The position numbers and the translations under genes are program-made. The notes beneath the pieces were generated by a model, which saw only the letters and a program-made list of their open reading frames with translations, did not search any database and was not told where the DNA came from. This document shows positions 57,816-61,958 of a DNA stretch of 61,958 nucleotides, piece by piece. Numbering within the stretch: the stretch's first letter is position 1; each line of letters opens with the position of its first letter. The stretch comes from a virus (lineage: Duplodnaviria > Caudoviricetes): the IMG/VR virus record IMGVR_UViG_3300015050_000522, positions 1-61,958 of that record; one strand, 5' to 3'.

Positions 57816-58199
57816 TTATTGCTCCATGTATTTGGCGAATAAGTCGGCAAAGCTGGCGCGAAGTATTGCGGCATTGCTGCTGTCTGCTCTGAAATAAGCG
57901 TCAGCGATAGCGGCGGCAAAACCTCCACCGCTTTCTTGCATTTTTTCAGCGGCTGAAAAGTATTTAGAACGCTCCACATTAGTCCAAACCTCAGCCGTGG
58001 CGGGTTGCTTTGCTATGGCTTCAATTTGGGCGGCTACAGTGTTTAAAACCACATAAATCGCGGAATAGACTGCTGGTGCATTTTTGCCTGATAAGTCAGC
58101 AATAGCGGTGGCATAGGCTAAAGCTTCGATAATCGTTGGACGGTCAGCAAATAATTTAAGCTTCAAGCTAGCGGCTAGTTTCAATAATTCGGTTTTCAT
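57816..58199 (-). CDS. Hypothetical protein
   Basis: AAGGAG RBS; GGGFAAAIADAYFRADSSN. Confidence 0.68.
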   Translation of the reverse strand: MKTELLKLAASLKLKLFADRPTIIEALAYATAIADLSGKNAPAVYSAIYVVLNTVAAQIEAIAKQPATAEVWTNVERSKYFSAAEKMQESGGGFAAAIADAYFRADSSNAAILRASFADLFAKYMEQ

Positions 58200-58218
58200 T
58201 TCGTTTACTCCTTGTTTA

Positions 58219-58264
58219 GGCATGATTGCCCGATAACCCTCTGCGAAGGGTTACCAGTCCGTCA
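58219..58264 (-). repeat. Intergenic hairpin element, copy 3
   Basis: TAACCCT-N6-AGGGTTA core; GGGCAATCATGCC tail. Confidence 0.7.
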
Positions 58265-58474
58265 CGCTGGTTGTACAAAACAACGTTGTTCTATGTCCTG
58301 CATCACTTGATCTAAAACCTTTTGCTTTGTGCCCTTGTAACCCTCTGCTTTTAGGATTGCATAGCATGAGCGGCCACGGCTCATTTGCATGCCTTTGATT
58401 TCAAGGCGCAAACCTGTGCGCAGGGTCATCAGGCGGCAAAGGTCTATTTGTTCTGGTGTAGTCAATGCGTTCAT
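58262..58474 (-). CDS. Hypothetical protein
   Basis: GLRLEIKGMQMSRGRS motif; AAGGA RBS. Confidence 0.68.
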   Translation of the reverse strand: MNALTTPEQIDLCRLMTLRTGLRLEIKGMQMSRGRSCYAILKAEGYKGTKQKVLDQVMQDIEQRCFVQPA

Positions 58475-58514
58475 TTTGTAATTTCCTTTTGTTTAGGCTT
58501 GGCCTCTAGCCTGA

Positions 58515-58712
58515 TCACAGGCCTGAAATACGGGCTTGCTCCGCACTCTTGGCGCAGCTCCGTTCAAGCTCCGCGCACCGAGCTTGTGCCCAGGCATTCT
58601 CACCCGAATCTGACAGGGGGTCTTTGAGCACTCGTTGCTCGCATATCCAGCGCGGGTCTGTTTCATACCCTTGGCGAATCTCGTTGTAACGGGCGTGTTG
58701 TTGTGCGTTCAT
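58515..58712 (-). CDS. Hypothetical protein
   Basis: AAGGAG RBS. Confidence 0.55.
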   Translation of the reverse strand: MNAQQHARYNEIRQGYETDPRWICEQRVLKDPLSDSGENAWAQARCAELERSCAKSAEQARISGL

Positions 58713-58735
58713 GTCGGTAGCTCCTTGGTGGTGAA

Positions 58736-58933
58736 TTAAATCGATGCCTTGCTTAACCAGCTTGGGCCTAATTGGTTTCGCACCTGCCGCAGCAAGTGGC
58801 CATCAGTTTGGCTTGCATCCTTTCCACAAAGCCACTGGTTCAACAGTTCGCTTTTCCAGTTGCGCCCGTGTTGTGACTTAAAAGCCTGTAGGCGTATCAG
58901 TTGCTCGGTGTTAGGTTGTGCGGTAGTTTTCAT
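58736..58933 (-). CDS. Hypothetical protein
   Basis: HGRNWKSEL...LRQVRNQLGPSWL; AAGGAG RBS. Confidence 0.7.
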   Translation of the reverse strand: MKTTAQPNTEQLIRLQAFKSQHGRNWKSELLNQWLCGKDASQTDGHLLRQVRNQLGPSWLSKASI

Positions 58934-58946
58934 TTCGGTTGCTCCT

Positions 58947-59150
58947 TTAAGCTTTTAAATATTTGCGCTGTGCTGCTGAATCAAAACGTGCGCCAGTGAT
59001 GCCGTTCTGGGCAAGTTGGGCAACCAGATCGGCTTTGTCGCTTGCTGCGGTCATCAGCCAGCCTTGGGCGTGATAGACCTCAAAGCGGTTCACGTTATAA
59101 GTGACTGCACAATTAAGGCGGTCGGTAGCAGTGAGATTTAAATATTTCAT
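58947..59150 (-). CDS. First early-region hypothetical protein
   Basis: AGGAG RBS. Confidence 0.6.
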   Translation of the reverse strand: MKYLNLTATDRLNCAVTYNVNRFEVYHAQGWLMTAASDKADLVAQLAQNGITGARFDSAAQRKYLKA

Positions 59151-59218
59151 GTCGTGCGCTCCTGTAGGGGTTAATTAAACTTACCCTTCAATTTTCGGGG
59201 CTGTTTTCAGTTAATCAA

Positions 59219-59319
59219 ATGAATCTTTTCTATACAAAAACGACATTCAATAGGCTCAGGCTATCGGCTGGCAATAGGCCAAAACTATAGATATTGGAAG
59301 GTCGATAGCCGGGGGCTTG
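59219..59319. promoter_or_regulatory. OxyR/LysR-like operator array
   Basis: ATAG-N7-CTAT at 59250-59264 and 59274-59288, plus two flanking half-matches. Confidence 0.5.
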
Positions 59320-59345
59320 CAGTTCTTGTTGTGTTCTCTCATAAT
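59317..59345 (+). promoter_or_regulatory. Candidate TerS promoter (leaderless)
   Basis: TTGCAG-17-CATAAT, ending 6 nt before the ATG. Confidence 0.5.
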
Positions 59346-59351
59346 CGCACC

Positions 59352-59999
59352 ATGAACGAAACAACCAAACCCATTAAGCTATCCCGCAAGCAAATAAAGG
59401 AAGGACTAGAGCAAGTGCCTGTGGAACATCTGTTTGCTAAATCCGTTTCCCGTGAGCTAACACATAAGCAAAAGGCGTTTGCGCTTGAAGTTGCGAAGGG
59501 TTCTACGGGTGCTGGTGCTTATCGCAAGACGTATGACACACAAGCCAGTAAGACAACTCAAGGCAATAATGCAAGCCGCATGAAAGCCGATAGCAGAATT
59601 AAAGCTGAGATACAAGCCTACTCTCTAGCGATTGAGGCTGAGAAATACCGCTCCCCTGCTGCTCTCCGTGCTTTGGTCATACAGTCCCTCGTTCAAGTGG
59701 TTATAGACCCAGACGCTAAACAAGCTACAAAGGTAGCTGCCGCCAAGGTTCTAGGCACTGTCACTGAAGTAGCTGCCTTCACAGAACGTAAAGAAGTTCG
59801 CACCATTACTAGCAGTGAAGACGCTAGGGCAAAGGTAATGGGTGAGCTTAAACGGCTCATGTCGGCCAATGCTACTGATGCAACTGTGATTGATGCTGAT
59901 GCCGACTCACTACTAACTGAGTTAGCCCAGCCAGCCAGCCAGTCGGAAGAAAGCCAGCTAGACGAAGGCCACCCATCCCCCATGCCCCCAGAAACATGA
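59352..59999 (+). CDS. terS: Terminase small subunit
   Basis: LTHKQKAFA...GAYRKTY...ASRM HTH; upstream of TerL. Confidence 0.75.
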   Translation: MNETTKPIKLSRKQIKEGLEQVPVEHLFAKSVSRELTHKQKAFALEVAKGSTGAGAYRKTYDTQASKTTQGNNASRMKADSRIKAEIQAYSLAIEAEKYRSPAALRALVIQSLVQVVIDPDAKQATKVAAAKVLGTVTEVAAFTERKEVRTITSSEDARAKVMGELKRLMSANATDATVIDADADSLLTELAQPASQSEESQLDEGHPSPMPPET

Positions 60000-60122
60000 G
60001 CTTGCGCCCAGATGCTACGACATACTATTCCACTCAAAGTGTCTTAAAAAAAGTCCGTTTATCTATCCAGCAAAAAATATTCCACAAAAATTTCTACAAA
60101 AAAATAATCCAAACCATAGGGT

Positions 60123-60140
60123 GGGGTAACTAGTTACCCC
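60123..60140. repeat. 18-bp palindrome, copy 2
   Basis: GGGGTAACTAGTTACCCC. Confidence 0.9.
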
Positions 60141-60212
60141 TAAAACGTGATTATGAATATATTAAAGAACAAAAAGATAAGGAAAAGTTATGAAGAATGT
60201 ATGGAGGTTGGT

Positions 60213-60437
60213 ATGAGTCCAGCGCAGAAAGAGGTGTTTCTGGTCATTGATGAGTGGTGGAAGAAGTTTGGGTATTCGCCGTCATTGAGGGAGATTGCTT
60301 ATGTGCGTGGCAAGATGGGGTTAGCGAACACTCACAAGATTGTGGAGAGGTTAGTTAAGCTTGGCGTGTTGAAGAAGATAGATGGCGCGGGTCGGACGAT
60401 TCGGCCTACGTATATACAGTTTAGGAATCTTGAGTGA
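60213..60437 (+). CDS. LexA-like winged-helix DNA-binding protein lacking a peptidase domain
   Basis: GGAGG RBS; MSPAQKEV...FGYSPSLREIA...LVKLGVL (track starts at 60147). Confidence 0.78.
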   Translation: MSPAQKEVFLVIDEWWKKFGYSPSLREIAYVRGKMGLANTHKIVERLVKLGVLKKIDGAGRTIRPTYIQFRNLE

Positions 60438-61936
60438 ACGACTTTACGAGTATTGAGAAGTTGATGGCTGGGTTGCCTATACAGGAGCAGGAGATACTTC
60501 TGGCTCAGGTGGAAGAGTACAGGATGGCGCTGGAGCGGGAAGAGGCTCAGAAGAGTTTTATGGCTTACGTGAAGATGATGTGGCCTAGTTTTGTGCATGG
60601 TAGGCATCATGCGGTAATGGCAAAAAAGTTTGAGGCTATCGCCAATGGGACGCTAAAGAGGCTGATTATTAATATGCCGCCGCGACATACTAAGTCTGAG
60701 TTTGCGTCTTACTTGCTGCCGTCGTGGTTTTTGGGACGGTATCCGGGTAAGAAGATTATTCAGTCATCGAACACTGGCGACTTGGCGGTTAACTTTGGGC
60801 GTAAGGTTCGGAACTTGGTGGATAGTGAAACGTATGCCAAGGTATTTCCCGGCGTGGCTTTGAGGCAGGATAGTAAGGCTGCGGGTAGGTGGGCTACTAA
60901 TCACAATGGCGAGTATTTTGCTATTGGTGTTGGCGGTACGGTAACTGGCAAGGGTGCGGATCTATTGATTATTGATGACCCGCATTCTGAGCAGGAAGCT
61001 TCTATGGCTGCTGGCGACCCTACTGTATTTGATAAGACGTATGAATGGTATACGTCAGGCCCACGCCAGCGACTGCAACCGGGCGGGGCTATTGTTGTAA
61101 TTATGACGAGGTGGGGGCAGAAAGATTTAGTAGGCCGGATTATTAAAGATGCGGCAATGCGGGATAAGTCTGAAGAGTGGGAGGTAATTGAGTTTCCCGC
61201 CATCATGCCTAGTGGTAATCCCTTATGGCCTGAGTTCTGGTCGTTGGATGAATTAGAAGCACTGCGGGAAGAACTGCCACCTGCCAAGTGGAATGCTCAG
61301 TACCAGCAAGCACCTACTGGCGAAGAGGGGGCTTTGGTTAAGCGGGAATGGTGGAAGGTCTGGGAGGGTGAGAAGCCGCCTAGATGTGAATTTATTATTC
61401 AGTCATGGGATACGGCGTTTACCAAGTCGGAGCGGTCTGACTATTCGGCGTGTACGACATGGGGTGTATTTCATATGAATGAAGACCCTAATAATGTGAA
61501 TATCATTTTGCTGGATGCTTTTAAGAAACGGATGGAGTTTCCTGAGTTGAAAGATAAGGCTGTAGAGATGTATAAGGAGTGGGAGCCTGATGCCTGCGTG
61601 GTTGAGGCTAAGGCTTCTGGAGCGCCGTTAATATTTGAATTACGGGCAATGGGAATACCTGTACAGGATTTCACACCTAGTAGGGGCAATGATAAATTTG
61701 TGCGATTAAATTCAGTGACTGATTTATTCCGCAGTGGTAAAGTGTGGTGTCCTGAGACAAGATGGGCTAGTGAGGTTATTGAAGAACTGGCAGCATTCCC
61801 AAATGGGGAGCATGATGACCTTGTAGACTCAAGTACACAGGCACTGATTCGGTTTAGAAAAGGCGGGTTTATTCGTTTAGATACGGATGAACGCGATGAA
61901 GTACAAAGCTTTCGCCGCAAGAACGCATACTATTAA
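60434..61936 (+). CDS. terL: Terminase large subunit
   Basis: INMPPRHTKSE; IIDDP; IMTRW; SWDTA; HDDLVDS. Confidence 0.95.
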   Translation: MNDFTSIEKLMAGLPIQEQEILLAQVEEYRMALEREEAQKSFMAYVKMMWPSFVHGRHHAVMAKKFEAIANGTLKRLIINMPPRHTKSEFASYLLPSWFLGRYPGKKIIQSSNTGDLAVNFGRKVRNLVDSETYAKVFPGVALRQDSKAAGRWATNHNGEYFAIGVGGTVTGKGADLLIIDDPHSEQEASMAAGDPTVFDKTYEWYTSGPRQRLQPGGAIVVIMTRWGQKDLVGRIIKDAAMRDKSEEWEVIEFPAIMPSGNPLWPEFWSLDELEALREELPPAKWNAQYQQAPTGEEGALVKREWWKVWEGEKPPRCEFIIQSWDTAFTKSERSDYSACTTWGVFHMNEDPNNVNIILLDAFKKRMEFPELKDKAVEMYKEWEPDACVVEAKASGAPLIFELRAMGIPVQDFTPSRGNDKFVRLNSVTDLFRSGKVWCPETRWASEVIEELAAFPNGEHDDLVDSSTQALIRFRKGGFIRLDTDERDEVQSFRRKNAYY

Positions 61937-61958
61937 GGTTACAACATGAGCATTGAAC
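61836..61958. repeat. Terminal direct repeat / circular assembly overlap (copy 2)
   Basis: Identical to 1-123. Confidence 0.97.

Overview
This window appears to be a complete, circularly assembled genome (~61.8 kb; bases 1-123 repeat exactly at 61836-61958) of a tailed dsDNA phage with a podovirus-like gene set. The host is probably a proteobacterium (inference only). The + strand from 59.3 kb round to 38.8 kb carries TerS, a LexA-like HTH protein, TerL, portal, a GroES-like co-chaperonin, scaffold, major capsid, a cluster of small basic proteins, adaptor/nozzle/fibre genes, holin, an M15 endolysin and four large predicted ejection proteins. One of those has nine 65-aa repeats and another is a 2068-aa polyvalent protein. 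The rest holds recombination genes (Ref, SSB, ERF, PD-(D/E)XK exonuclease), a ParB-like/SF2 helicase/Toprim primase replication operon, and two minus-strand arrays of small accessory genes. I recognised no DNA polymerase, integrase, tRNA or CRISPR array. The most notable observations are: (1) an intein in the helicase whose HNH homing endonuclease is encoded in an overlapping +1 frame rather than in the intein frame; (2) an RNA hub at 43.8-44.5 kb made of a candidate anti-Shine-Dalgarno sRNA, a C4-like RNA and about 430 nt of further structured sequence ahead of an HNH gene; (3) free-standing endonucleases showing recoded or duplicated host-gene ends and RBS-sequestering hairpins; (4) three covarying intergenic hairpins in the early region; (5) OxyR-like boxes at the early/TerS divergence; (6) shared short motifs across predicted internal virion proteins. 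All calls come from reading motifs by eye, with no database searches.
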